The position numbers were made by a program, and so were the translations under genes. Of a stretch of 64,000 bases of DNA, positions 45,520-56,721 are shown one piece after another; the stretch's first letter is position 1, and every line of letters begins with the position of its first letter. Source of the stretch: Mayamaea pseudoterrestris (taxonomy: Eukaryota); assembly GCA_027923505.1 (NCBI GenBank), contig BROI01000001.1, positions 496,001-560,000 on the forward strand, read 5' to 3'. The notes below the pieces were generated by a model. It searched no databases and was not told where the DNA came from. It saw nothing but the letters and a program-made list of their open reading frames with translations.

Positions 45520-46917
45520 ATGGCCAAGAAGACTCGCCAGCGTCGTGCCGTCTATGATCCAACATTTGATCCGTCGGCTGTCGTAGTCACCGCCGAGGAA
45601 GGCCAACATATCAGTGAACGAAAGTCTATTGTCGCGTCCCTTGTAGGTCCAAGCAAGGCCCGGCAGCTCTTGGAGAGTCTTGGTGTTAGCAGCGGTAGCA
45701 ACAGCAGCAATCACTCCAGCACAAGCAGCAGCAAGACGGAGAATAATGAGACTGCCAAGTCATCGCATGATACGTCAAGCGAGATGACAGTCACCCATTC
45801 TCCAACTTTGTCGAAATCAATCAAAGGTATGCCGACCGAAATTGGCTTCGAGGACGAGATGAAACAAGGCGGCAAAGCACCGTCAGCAACGGTCGCCGAG
45901 ACGCAAGTGCTACCGGTAGCCAAACAAGAAGATCAGCACGAAACAAAAGCACCCGCGGAATCTTCGTTTCTGGGTAGAATGTTTTCCGTTACTCGCAGTC
46001 GATCGGATGACTCGGCCACCAAGAATGAGACTGTTGCGACGGACAAGCCGGACAAAACTGATTCTGCGGCGCTACCGTGCATTGAGGTCAACGAAACTGC
46101 AGACGCTGCAGACGCTGCTGCGACCGATGCCACTGAACCAAGCGCGACTGAGCCTTCCACCATGGTCACGACAGAGACCGAAACTACTACCGAAACTGCC
46201 ATTGACACTGCAATCAATCACATGGAGAAGCTTCGCCTACTCGAAGAGCAACGGGAGGCGGCGCTGCAAACGGCTACTCGCCTCAGCGTGGACCTTGCAT
46301 CCGCCCGCGCCGCGCTGGATGACTGGCAGACGCAGGCCGAGTATTGGAAGGAGCAGTATGAACAATTACTGAAACAGCAGCAGCAGCAGCAGCATGGGTT
46401 GCCAGGCACAACGAACAGCGAAACGAGCGCACATGGAGAGTCAGCGGATCCATCTGATGCCAGCAAGGAGCTTGCCTCGACGCCTACTTCGTCTACCAAT
46501 ACCGCGCGCCGATTGAACTTTTGGAGCTCCCGTCGCGCTTCATCGGCAACGGCCGAAGTTGAATCAACTCCAAGTGCAGTGTCGGATTTAGCTGTTGACG
46601 AGATTGCGGATAACAGTCTCGATAACGATCTGAATGACAGCCAAGCATTTGGCGATAATGTTTACCTTGGCCTATTTTCCGAGGAGGAGGGGAAGGAAGG
46701 TTCATTGACTCCGCGGTCGCTTGGTGATGACGAGCGGCAGGCGCGAGCAGTGGCAGGGCGGTTGGGGCAAGCAGAAGCGAATGATTTCGATGACGACAAT
46801 TCTGAGCATCCACCCAAGCCACCACAAGCGTCATTTTCGCCGCAGTCAACCATGGACTTTGGATTGCAGGATAACGAGAATCTACCGGGACGATGGTCCA
46901 GTCTGTCGCAGGCGTAA
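45520..46917 (+). CDS. hypothetical S/T-rich protein with central coiled coil
   Basis: Long ORF from ATG 45520 (MAKKTRQRR), with coiled coil EKLRLLEEQREAALQTATRLSVDLASARA...YEQLLKQ. Confidence 0.6.
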   Translation: MAKKTRQRRAVYDPTFDPSAVVVTAEEGQHISERKSIVASLVGPSKARQLLESLGVSSGSNSSNHSSTSSSKTENNETAKSSHDTSSEMTVTHSPTLSKSIKGMPTEIGFEDEMKQGGKAPSATVAETQVLPVAKQEDQHETKAPAESSFLGRMFSVTRSRSDDSATKNETVATDKPDKTDSAALPCIEVNETADAADAAATDATEPSATEPSTMVTTETETTTETAIDTAINHMEKLRLLEEQREAALQTATRLSVDLASARAALDDWQTQAEYWKEQYEQLLKQQQQQQHGLPGTTNSETSAHGESADPSDASKELASTPTSSTNTARRLNFWSSRRASSATAEVESTPSAVSDLAVDEIADNSLDNDLNDSQAFGDNVYLGLFSEEEGKEGSLTPRSLGDDERQARAVAGRLGQAEANDFDDDNSEHPPKPPQASFSPQSTMDFGLQDNENLPGRWSSLSQA

Positions 46918-47672
46918 TTTGCCGATACCATTTAGAGTAGACGTACGTTCGGGACGCGAAGAGGAGTTATGAGCCACTGACATGCATGGACTACTCTCAA
47001 TAAAGGACATGACATTTACAGTTTGAAATAACCCACCTTTTGTAGCGACCGAATATACACATTAGTAGTCTGAATCACCAACACTCTTTTGGTTTGCTCG
47101 CTGCGGTTCGACGGCGGCGAGCGGTCTCGCAAAGCTGCGTGTATCACTTTGAGTTACTTGACTGGAAGAAGAATGGGCACTGTTGCTCCACTGGCCCGCA
47201 ATCGTCGACGCACAGGCGCCTTGTTTACCGGCAGACCCATGGCAAAAACAATTGCGTGCAGAGATTACAAATTCTCAGAGATAAAAGCATGGCCAACGTT
47301 CAACGACAGCGCCACTTATTGTACCAGGTATGTCATAACTATGATTAAGGCATGGCGCACTTCCTGGATCTATATACGGTAGTAAACTACACTCCTATGG
47401 CTGTTATCCCATCACTTATATTGAGAATTGGTACTCTCGCGAGTTTAGCTACCAAGCATTTAATGTCGAGCCTGCCGCGTCCAGAATTTTCAAATGGCAC
47501 GTTGAAAGTCAGGCTGGCGCGAAGGTTTGTGAAACCGTTTCTTTCGCCGATCCAAGGATCAAAAAGCATCAACAACAACCAAGACAACAACCAAGCATCG
47601 TCTTCATCTCTACGACTCGTGCACACAAAAACAGGCTCTACTATAACTAGACTACGCAATTTTAGAGAAACC

Positions 47673-50600
47673 ATGTCAGCTGCAGCAACTACCTCTTGCT
47701 TCGATTTGGAGGGCGGCGACGAGGAGCTCCTCGAGGTGAGAGGATTGCTGGCCTACATTGACACGCAGGAGCAAATGCTCAAGCTGCAAGCATCGGAACT
47801 GAGCGACTTGAGAGCGCAGATTCAGAATCGTGACTTGGAAGCCATTGAAGAAGATGCGTGGAAGGAAGCCGCGGTTATGACGAATGAAGTGGGAGTTCAG
47901 ACAGATGCACCAGTGGATGATCCTGTCGAAGATGACTCCAACGAGGAGCTAATCTTCAGTCCACCAGAACAAGATCAGGAAGCCATGCAACGAGCTGCAC
48001 ATTTGGCCGTTGAACTCGCTCGAACGCAAGAGCGAGCCGAGTTACTGCAGGAAGACTTGGTTACAACCAAACAGCAGCTGCAGGCTTGTCAAGAAAAGCT
48101 TCGCGAAATGATTTTGGGTCATTCCAACAACCATGCAGCGAGCAGTAGATCAGTCTTGCCAGGGTTTCGTACTCGTCGAGGCAGCGCCGACAACAGCAAT
48201 AACCACACGTCAGCGCTCAAATCCTTCTTTATGCGGTCCTCGTCAAGCGTTACAGCAGGCTCATCGGATTCCTTGCCGGATCGAAGCGTTCAGACCATGC
48301 CAATGCTTCCGCCTCGAGTCGAAAGAAAATCATCTATTACAATGAAACGAATTCAGTCACCGACTGCTCCTTTTGTCGTGCACGACGACTCCGCCGCGGA
48401 CGAAATCGAAGTCTCGACTGTTCACTCGGCGTCATCCAACGTTGATGCAACGGAATCCAACAGCGACGTTGGCTCGTTCAAATTCGTCGCTAAGCAGCGC
48501 GAAGCGGTGGCCAGTATATCCTTTTACGAGGATGAGGTGGAGGAGCCGCAAGAGAATGGTAGCATCGACAAATCGGAGCGAGACAGTAATTCATTCATTG
48601 ACGACCATGACCGCATCTCTCAATCGGGCGAGGAAGAAGAGAAAGATCTCGAGACTTTTCAAAGTGACGACGAAGATAACATCTCCTACACGAGCGTGTC
48701 CAGCAACAACAAGCCAATTATCATTCACAAGCTCGATGCCGCCATTGAAGATCCACGGCCATGGAAGCATGCGTTGCAGCAGCGCAACCAAACGAACAAG
48801 GCACGGATCATACAGAAAGCTTTTCGCATGTACTTTATCAGGAAGGATCACGCTGCCATTAAACTGCAAAGTTGGTGGCGCATGACCATGATTCAGCTAG
48901 AGTATCAGCACTGTTTAAACACGATTCGACGCCGGCGCGCGGCCATTGTCCTTCAGTGCGCGTGGCGCATGAATTCGGCCGTGAAACGCTACAGGATATT
49001 GCACGCAGCCGTAACTATTCAAGCTCAATGGAGATTGTTTGTTGCGCGGCAAGATTACAATGACATGACTTGGGCGACAGTGACGGTTCAGAAATATTTT
49101 CGTCGCCATGACGCAGTGATGAACTTACACGACATTCGCGACAAATATTATGCTGCTATCGTTGTTCAAAAGCATGCTCGTGGGTTTCTTCTGCGGCGTG
49201 ACTGGGCCAGAACCAAGGCATTGGCGGTAAAGCTGGTAACCGACATGACCATTTCACTTTCCAAAAGTGTAAGCAAGAAGAAGGTCGACAGGTTGGAACT
49301 CGTGCCTGCTGCATCTGTGAAGACACACCACCAAACTGTACTTCAGGCAACCAAACAGCTCATAACGTTGACGAGCGGTTGTCCCTTTTTGTTTGGCTAC
49401 TCGGCAGCACCATCTATGAAAACAAACTGCCTTTTGCATCCGCTTTGGAAAATGGTGGAGCGTCATGTGAGTGTTGTGGTCATTCAAGCCACCTGGCGAC
49501 GATACTTGCGACAAAAGCAGTGGGAAGCCTGCCGCAAGGATGCCGTCGTCATTCAGGCTGCGTATCGACGCCACCAAAAGCAGCAGGCCTATGTGAACTT
49601 GTGCCAAAAAATCATTTTAATTCAAACCAGCGTTCGTTGCTTTCATGCGCGAAAGTTGCTCGCCGAGTTGCAGGAAGAAAAGGTCGCGGCGACGCGTAAC
49701 AATGCTGCGGTCAAGATCCAGGCTCATGTTCGCAAACTGCCGCCTCAACGCCAGTACGCTTGTTTTCTTTTGGCAACTCTGCGTATCCAGACCAGTCTTC
49801 GAAAATTCGCAGCGCGACAAGAAGTTCAGAATCTGCGTCAGAAACACCTTGCGGCGACAATTATACAGCTGTGGTATCAACTCGTTCTTCGTCGCAACCA
49901 TGCCCGCGCATCTTTTCTTGCGTTGGCATCGCGCAGTGACAAGCATGACTTAAATTATGGGGCTACTGTCAGAGCTCTGGGAGCGGGTGCAATATCGGAA
50001 GAAACAACAAGGCTGGATGACAGTATTGCATCAAAAGATGCTATCAACAACCCTTTGAACAAGCCAACAAGACCAGTGGAGGAGCTTGTGGCGCTTTCTT
50101 ACAACTACACTACTGTCAGGGATAACGATTCCAGCATTTGGGATGAAAGCTTCGACCGTTGGGACGATGCCGCCATCTACGTTCATACCTTCTTCATTGG
50201 TCTGGAAAGGCAAACTAAAACACACGCCGCGAATGTTATTGCACAATCATGGCGTCACCATGTCGCTATCCGAGCGAAACGATCTAAAGCTGCCCATTGG
50301 ATTCAGTGCTACTGGCGTGAACGTTTGGCAGTAAAAAACCGTGCAGCAATGGTCATTCAAAACGGCGGGCGAAAGCGAGCTGCAAAGAAGAGAAACGCAG
50401 CCAAGGTCATTCAAGGCCTTTGGCGTGAGTATTATGTCACCCGTTCCAATAGTGCTACCTTAGTGCAAATGATGTGGCGTGGATTCCATGCTTGGTTGGT
50501 TTACGAGCGCTACCTTGAGTCAGAGAGCAAACTCCAATTGTTTATTATGGGGAACACATCCGCTGCAGAGCAATCAAAGAATATAATCGACCAGAAAATC

Positions 50601-51698
50601 AGGCACCAAGTGACAATCTTTCAAGCAGCTTTGACCATTCAGCGTTGGTGGTGGCAAGTCTATGGATTCATGATGCCATATAGTGTTGAGAATGAGACGT
50701 TCATGGTGATTGAGTTTGATCCCAACTGCTCCGTCCATGTGCAAGACTTAGCGGTCGACAAAAGCATGAGCTTTGACCAGTCATTTGTGCACAGTGAGTG
50801 CGCACATCGTCGTCAATGGAAGGTAAAGAAGCCAAAGGTATGGGCATCTATCCGCGAACGGGCTTCGGTTCCTCTGAAACCAAACCGTCCGAAGTCGAGG
50901 CCAAGAGGCTACATTTCAGTGGACGACCAGAATCACGAGCGATATGCGGCGCCGACGGTCGAGACCGATCGCTATACTCCTGCATCATGTGTTGTTGTGT
51001 CTGACGATGAGAAGGAGGACGCGAAAAGCACAAGGCGTCCCGTAGCTGCCAACGCCAACGGGAAAGCGCCTCGCCAAGTCCATGATCGAAAACCAGTTCT
51101 CGCCAACTTTCCAACGCTCAAGCTTTCCTTGGAGACCAAGAAGAAGCTCAAAAAGTTGAAATCTTCTCTCTTGAACAAGAAACGAGTTAACTTGATGGAC
51201 CCCAAGGTTCAGCGGAAGTTGGATACGATTGACAACCTGCCATGGGCTGACTTCGACTTTCGCGATGCCGACGAGGCAAACGATATTCCCGTCACGTATA
51301 GTGTCAGCCCCAGGACTCGCAGCAAGGAGGGCAAGTCGAAATCAAATGAAAAGACTGCTTCTCGGAATCAAGCCGGGTCTACCCCGGCTGCGAATGGTGC
51401 TGCTAAAGAACAACAGAGGGCCACCAAGAATGGGAAACTTACACCCTTGGTGGAATTGCCTGCCGACATCAGCCACTGCTGCGAATCGGAAAATAGCTTC
51501 ATTTTAGCAGAGGAGATTGTCGTTCCATCGCCAAGAAGCATTCTTAGAGACGACGTCGACAATCACAAGGAGAATGTGCACGCGTTCAAGTCCACCTTTA
51601 CCGAGTGGTCAGTTAAAGCCGATGGCTACGAGGAATCTGGTCTGGCAGATTTGTTGGGTACGATGAATGCCTTTCGTGTTAATGAAAGGACAGAGTAG
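47673..51698 (+). CDS. large multi-IQ-motif protein (ASPM-like IQ array) with N-terminal coiled coil
   Basis: More than 15 IQ-like motifs (IQKAFRMY, LQSWWRMT, IQAQWRLF, VQKYFRRH, IQATWRRY, IQAAYRRH, IQTSVRCF, VQMMWRGF and others). No CH domain recognised. Confidence 0.75.
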   Translation: MSAAATTSCFDLEGGDEELLEVRGLLAYIDTQEQMLKLQASELSDLRAQIQNRDLEAIEEDAWKEAAVMTNEVGVQTDAPVDDPVEDDSNEELIFSPPEQDQEAMQRAAHLAVELARTQERAELLQEDLVTTKQQLQACQEKLREMILGHSNNHAASSRSVLPGFRTRRGSADNSNNHTSALKSFFMRSSSSVTAGSSDSLPDRSVQTMPMLPPRVERKSSITMKRIQSPTAPFVVHDDSAADEIEVSTVHSASSNVDATESNSDVGSFKFVAKQREAVASISFYEDEVEEPQENGSIDKSERDSNSFIDDHDRISQSGEEEEKDLETFQSDDEDNISYTSVSSNNKPIIIHKLDAAIEDPRPWKHALQQRNQTNKARIIQKAFRMYFIRKDHAAIKLQSWWRMTMIQLEYQHCLNTIRRRRAAIVLQCAWRMNSAVKRYRILHAAVTIQAQWRLFVARQDYNDMTWATVTVQKYFRRHDAVMNLHDIRDKYYAAIVVQKHARGFLLRRDWARTKALAVKLVTDMTISLSKSVSKKKVDRLELVPAASVKTHHQTVLQATKQLITLTSGCPFLFGYSAAPSMKTNCLLHPLWKMVERHVSVVVIQATWRRYLRQKQWEACRKDAVVIQAAYRRHQKQQAYVNLCQKIILIQTSVRCFHARKLLAELQEEKVAATRNNAAVKIQAHVRKLPPQRQYACFLLATLRIQTSLRKFAARQEVQNLRQKHLAATIIQLWYQLVLRRNHARASFLALASRSDKHDLNYGATVRALGAGAISEETTRLDDSIASKDAINNPLNKPTRPVEELVALSYNYTTVRDNDSSIWDESFDRWDDAAIYVHTFFIGLERQTKTHAANVIAQSWRHHVAIRAKRSKAAHWIQCYWRERLAVKNRAAMVIQNGGRKRAAKKRNAAKVIQGLWREYYVTRSNSATLVQMMWRGFHAWLVYERYLESESKLQLFIMGNTSAAEQSKNIIDQKIRHQVTIFQAALTIQRWWWQVYGFMMPYSVENETFMVIEFDPNCSVHVQDLAVDKSMSFDQSFVHSECAHRRQWKVKKPKVWASIRERASVPLKPNRPKSRPRGYISVDDQNHERYAAPTVETDRYTPASCVVVSDDEKEDAKSTRRPVAANANGKAPRQVHDRKPVLANFPTLKLSLETKKKLKKLKSSLLNKKRVNLMDPKVQRKLDTIDNLPWADFDFRDADEANDIPVTYSVSPRTRSKEGKSKSNEKTASRNQAGSTPAANGAAKEQQRATKNGKLTPLVELPADISHCCESENSFILAEEIVVPSPRSILRDDVDNHKENVHAFKSTFTEWSVKADGYEESGLADLLGTMNAFRVNERTE

Positions 51699-52115
51699 TA
51701 ATGATTGTTTAGTTTATGGTTATAACGTTTTTGGAGTGAGTAACATGTTCAAATTGGAGTCTACTCGATAGCTAGCTTGAACGGGCGCAGCGGACCTCGT
51801 CAAACTGCCAGCACTATGCACTGAAAAGTAGTGCGCAACGGAAGCTGCTGTATTGAAGGCGTCATTTCGGTTCCTATTACGTCAAATACTATCAAGCGAA
51901 GTGTACATCATACGTCATTCGGAATATTTGAACCTAATTAGCGTTCGGGAGCAAGTCGACGCACCACTCGATCTCGTCGCACGAATTCGACGAGGTCGGG
52001 CTGTTTCGCAGAAAGCCTTGCCGTCGCTGGTCGCTGCCTCCATCATCATCAAGTTGCGAGTCAAACAATCATCTTGGATATACTCTACTTTGTAGTACAG
52101 TAGCATTATAGTATC

Positions 52116-55100
52116 ATGGGTTGCGCCGCTTCCAAGCAAGCGTCGGCCGTGGATCTTCCAAGGGCGAAGCTAGATGGTACGCCGGCAGCATGATGTACTC
52201 GCTGGAACGAGAGGTTCAGTTCGTAATTTTTTCTCATACCCCTCGTCATCTCGTTCATTGACAGCCCCCAAGAATGGAAGCAATCATAATGCCAAGGCCA
52301 ATACTAATAGCAAAAACATTTCCACAACCAGCGGAGCATCCGACGAATCCGCGCGGCCGCGCCTGCATTCGTCCGGGTCGGACTGTCACGCTGCCGACGA
52401 TCGCTCGAGCGGCGGTTCCTCCAATGGCAGTGGCAACTTTCGCAGCAATAGCAAAAATCCAAAGACATTGGTCCACTCAACCTCGCAGATTGGATTGGAT
52501 GAAATGATTGAGGATCGGCGGGCCGAAGGTGATTTGAGGCAGAATGGTACGTGCAATGGAATGAAGGAATTGTAATTGCTTGTATACCTTTACTATTTAC
52601 TCAATCTCCATATATACCTCTCGTTTAGTTGTGCACATTGAAGTTCCCTTTGGTAAACCCATCGAGGAGGTGTACGATGGAGTCCACAATGGACCTGTGC
52701 TTGGCAGTGGCATTTCCGGGCTGGTGCGGCTCGTGACGCACAAGGCGACTGGCCTCAAGTATGCCGTCAAGGTTTTGGACTTGGCGCTGGTGGACACGGC
52801 GGAAGGTTTGAGGCAATTGAGAGAAGAAATCTTCATTATGTGTCAGTTGGATCATCCGAATATAGTGCGACTGGAGGAAGTGTATGAGAGTCACTCGGAA
52901 ATCTACTTGGTGCAGGAGTTGTGCCTGGGCGGAGAGCTGTTTGATCGACTGGATGAGCAGCCTGACTATCACTATACGGAATCGGAATGCGCCAAGCTTG
53001 TCAAGCAGATGCTCAGTGCTGTTCGATACTTGCATTCAAAAGGTACGGAGATATTGCGTATGCATGCATGTGTAAGTAGCGGGAATTGATGATGGTCGTG
53101 GATATTCACTGAAACTTTACTTTGTACTACCGATACAGGAATCATTCATCGTGACTTGAAGCTGGAAAATTTCCTTTTTTCGAGCACTGCAAAGGACAGC
53201 GAGTTGAAAGCAATTGACTTTGGACTGTCGAAGCATTTTCGTTACGGCGAAATTCAGCATGAAGCGGTCGGAACACCATACTCTGTGGCACCAGAAGTTA
53301 TCTTGGGTAGTTACGATGAACGGTGCGATTGCTGGGCGATTGGAGTCATTACGTTTCTGCTTCTTTCGGGTGATCCTCCATTTGGCGGCTGCGGGGGCCC
53401 GGAGAGTCTCATGCAGGTGCGATCGAACATTTTGGCCGGCAAGTTCGACTTTGTGCCGGAGGATATTTGGTGCAGCGTTTCCAAACAGGCGCGCAATTTC
53501 ATTCGGACGCTCTTGGTGACGGATCCGCAAAAGCGACCGACGGCTCGCAATGCACAAAAGCATCCGTGGTTGACGGAGTGGGCCTACAAGGCGCGCGACG
53601 ACTCGGACAATGTGCTGAATCCAAACGTTGTCAAAGCCTTGGTTAATTTCAAGGAGTTTTCCGATATGCGGAAATTATTGTGCGAGGTGTTGAGCTTTAC
53701 GTTGCTGCCGGATCAAATTAAGGACTTGCGTCGAGAGTTTGAAAAAATGGACACTGACGGAAGTGGCGAAATCTCGCTGGCAGCACTAAAGCAGGTGCTT
53801 GTGGCTAACGCTGGAGCAGGATCTCTAGGTGCACTGACCGAGGAGGAAGTGGAGGACATTTTTAACGCCATGCGCGTGCGCAAGACAGAGACGAGGATTC
53901 ATTGGCACGAGTTCATTGCGGCTGGTCTGAGTCAGTGTCAAGTCGATGATCGCAATCTGAGACTGGCGTTTGATCGGTTGGATAGCGATCACAAGGGTGT
54001 AAGTCATCGTTTACGCGTGCACGTTGGATGCCGGTTTTGCAAGCAGCCCTTAACTCATTTAATTGTTTCTGTACCTTTTCGCCGACAGTATATTACGCTG
54101 GACGACATTATGGATTTGATGGGAAGCGACGCCATACAAAGCGAGGAACAAATGCGCGAAATGTGGGGCGACTCGATTCGATCTGTGAAGTGCCAGCACG
54201 CTCGTATTACATACGGAGATTTTCTTTTGCTGATGAAGGGTCAATCGAGGGAAACACCCCCATCGGCGCAGCTGAATTCTGAGTTGGGCACAGCATCGCT
54301 GAAGCCGCTCTCGGGTGGGAGGCCTCTTCTCATGGTTCGGGAAGGAGAGACAGCCTCGTCAGAAGCCATGTCACCTGTCCTGAGTGAGATTGATGAGTCT
54401 GAATTGACCATGGAGCCAGATACTGCCGACGAAGTGCCTTCAACGTCTTCGCCATTGAGCGGAGCCGCAATTGTCGACAACATGGGCTCGACCGACTTGC
54501 TTCAATATCGATCGGCCTCACCACTATCAATAACGCAGTCAGCTCCCAATACACCAGCTGGTCATCGACAAATTCTCGACATGGCAGATCTTGAATCACC
54601 AGGCTCTTACAGAGACAGGGATATATTAGCAGCTGGTCCAGGCGTTCCGGGTACATCTGCCTCATTGACGCCTCCGCAATCGCCTGAGCGCGGCGCAAAG
54701 GATTTTTGCACGCCAAACCTCGCCAACCGTTTTACGATACTAATGCCGTCGGGAAGCAACCCAAAAATTATAGTACCTGGCCTTCCAGAGATTCCGCCTC
54801 ATCCAGACACTTACCTTCGACGACAACGATCACGCTCTGTTGGTGATGACATAAATCGGCCGCAAACTCCTGGCCAAGAGAACGACGAGACTACCGACCT
54901 ACAAGCTGTAGCAGATGTGGTGATGGATATGCTTTTGCCGGAAAATGGGCACTTGCAGATGAGTCATAATGACAATGGAGGAGGATCCAAGTCACATTTA
55001 ATGTCAAATCGACAATTATATCGCGCGCATCGTCACATGCGCATGGCTGTCTTGGAAGCATCCAAACGCTTCGAGGAACAGCAAGCAGAGCACACCCGCG

Positions 55101-55585
55101 ACTTGATATTAAAGGAGCGCGAAGGCGAAAGCACAACAGAGGAGTCTGGCATGTTTATTCAGCCTGGCTTGGTGATGCGGCACGGCCACCACGGACATGT
55201 TTCATCAGAGGCGATTCGGCAGTTAATGGCCGAGAATCGCAAGCAGCAAGGCAAGTTGGTCGAGGAGGCGAATCGTCGAGGCGGGCGAGGTCGTCGCTCC
55301 CGCAAAAAGACTGCTTCCGACATGTCTGGCATGCTGAGCAGCATGGGTAATGAGGAGCTAGGCGGCGCTTTGTCGGATGCCAAGATGTCGCACGATACGA
55401 GCCCTCCAAAGTTGTCGGAACGAAAAACAATGATGTCGCGGATACCATCAGTTCAAGAAGGCCCCGACATTGCTTCACCCGACGAGGTTGGAACGGTTCG
55501 ACAAGCGACGGTACCTGGTCAATTTCGTAAGACTTCAGATCCCTTTTCCAAGCAAGGAAAGTATGGCGCGGTCTATCAAGAATGA
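52116..55585 (+). CDS. calcium-dependent protein kinase-like (5 exons)
   Basis: MGCAASK N-myristoylation/palmitoylation start. Introns 52177-52264, 52547-52628, 53043-53138 and 53999-54088. Kinase motifs GSGISG, YAVK, HRDLKLEN, DFG, GTPYSVAPE, followed by EF-hand-like loops and a long tail. Confidence 0.92.
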
Positions 55586-56721
55586 GTAAGGAATAAAGAC
55601 GCACAGTCGGGTGTGTGCTTATCTCGTATAAACTTTTTTGCATTTAATCTTGCAAGTATACTGCATCATTATCGGGAGCTGTTCAAACCGAGCGATTTGT
55701 TGGCCGATGTACTGAGCGTAATCTGCTGTTGGTCTTTAAAACTGCATCCTTGACATTCGTTGTCCACAGTGAATGCGCTGTCTTGCAACGAAGTAACCTT
55801 GGCATGCTCTACAGAAAGTCAAGTGTCAAGTTAGTACATGTATTGTACAAACCAATAAAAACTGTCGAACCTCTAGCTAGTAAACAATTGTAAAGGCTCT
55901 GCCTATTTGTACTAGGAAATGACAAAATATGTCATATGTACACTGTTCTATTGTTTATAAAGAAGCTGCTTGACCCGTTTTCAAGAGCCCTAAAATGACT
56001 CGTAGCGGCAAGCGCCACAGTAGGTGACGTGTGACATGTGCTGCCGCTACTCTTGAAAAAGTGGGGTGGAGCATTTGCAAACCGGCGCATTCGCTAGCTC
56101 GCACTTTTGATGTTGTCTCTCATGTAGTAGTTCAAAGTTTTTGCTTGTTCGCTTGCTTTGGGAGCGTCTACAAGAGCGTTTGTGGAGGTCCATTCCGACG
56201 GATGTTTTTGACCTGCATCGACACCCTTCTTCTGCGGCATGCTAAAGCGCCATTTTATGGATTCAAGTAAATCTTTTATGCGAAATGTATAAAGTATAGA
56301 AGCGATATGTAAGTATAGACTATAAAGGAAATCGAACATAGCGCTGTAAATTGAGGCTTTGACTGACGACGAGGAGGAAATGGAAGCAACAAAACATTAA
56401 TCGTGCTGCGGCGGGACCAATACTAATTCGACGACAAAACCAAGCACACTATTAGAACCCGCTTAACTTACTTGATAGATCTAGTGCTTTAAATCAATGA
56501 AAACGACCTTTTATAAGCTTTAAAAGACGAAAGTGAATGCTTTGGGCGATGGGCGATGGGCGGTCACGCTCGATTTTGCCCGAACGATCGAAATGTCACG
56601 TCGCAGCGAAACTCCAATAACGGTGAGATATTTATGTGACATAGCTCCACATCCACTCACTTTTTCTTCGTTCGACGAGGCGCGCCGCAAAACGCCGATG
56701 ATCATAACATCATAAATCACC

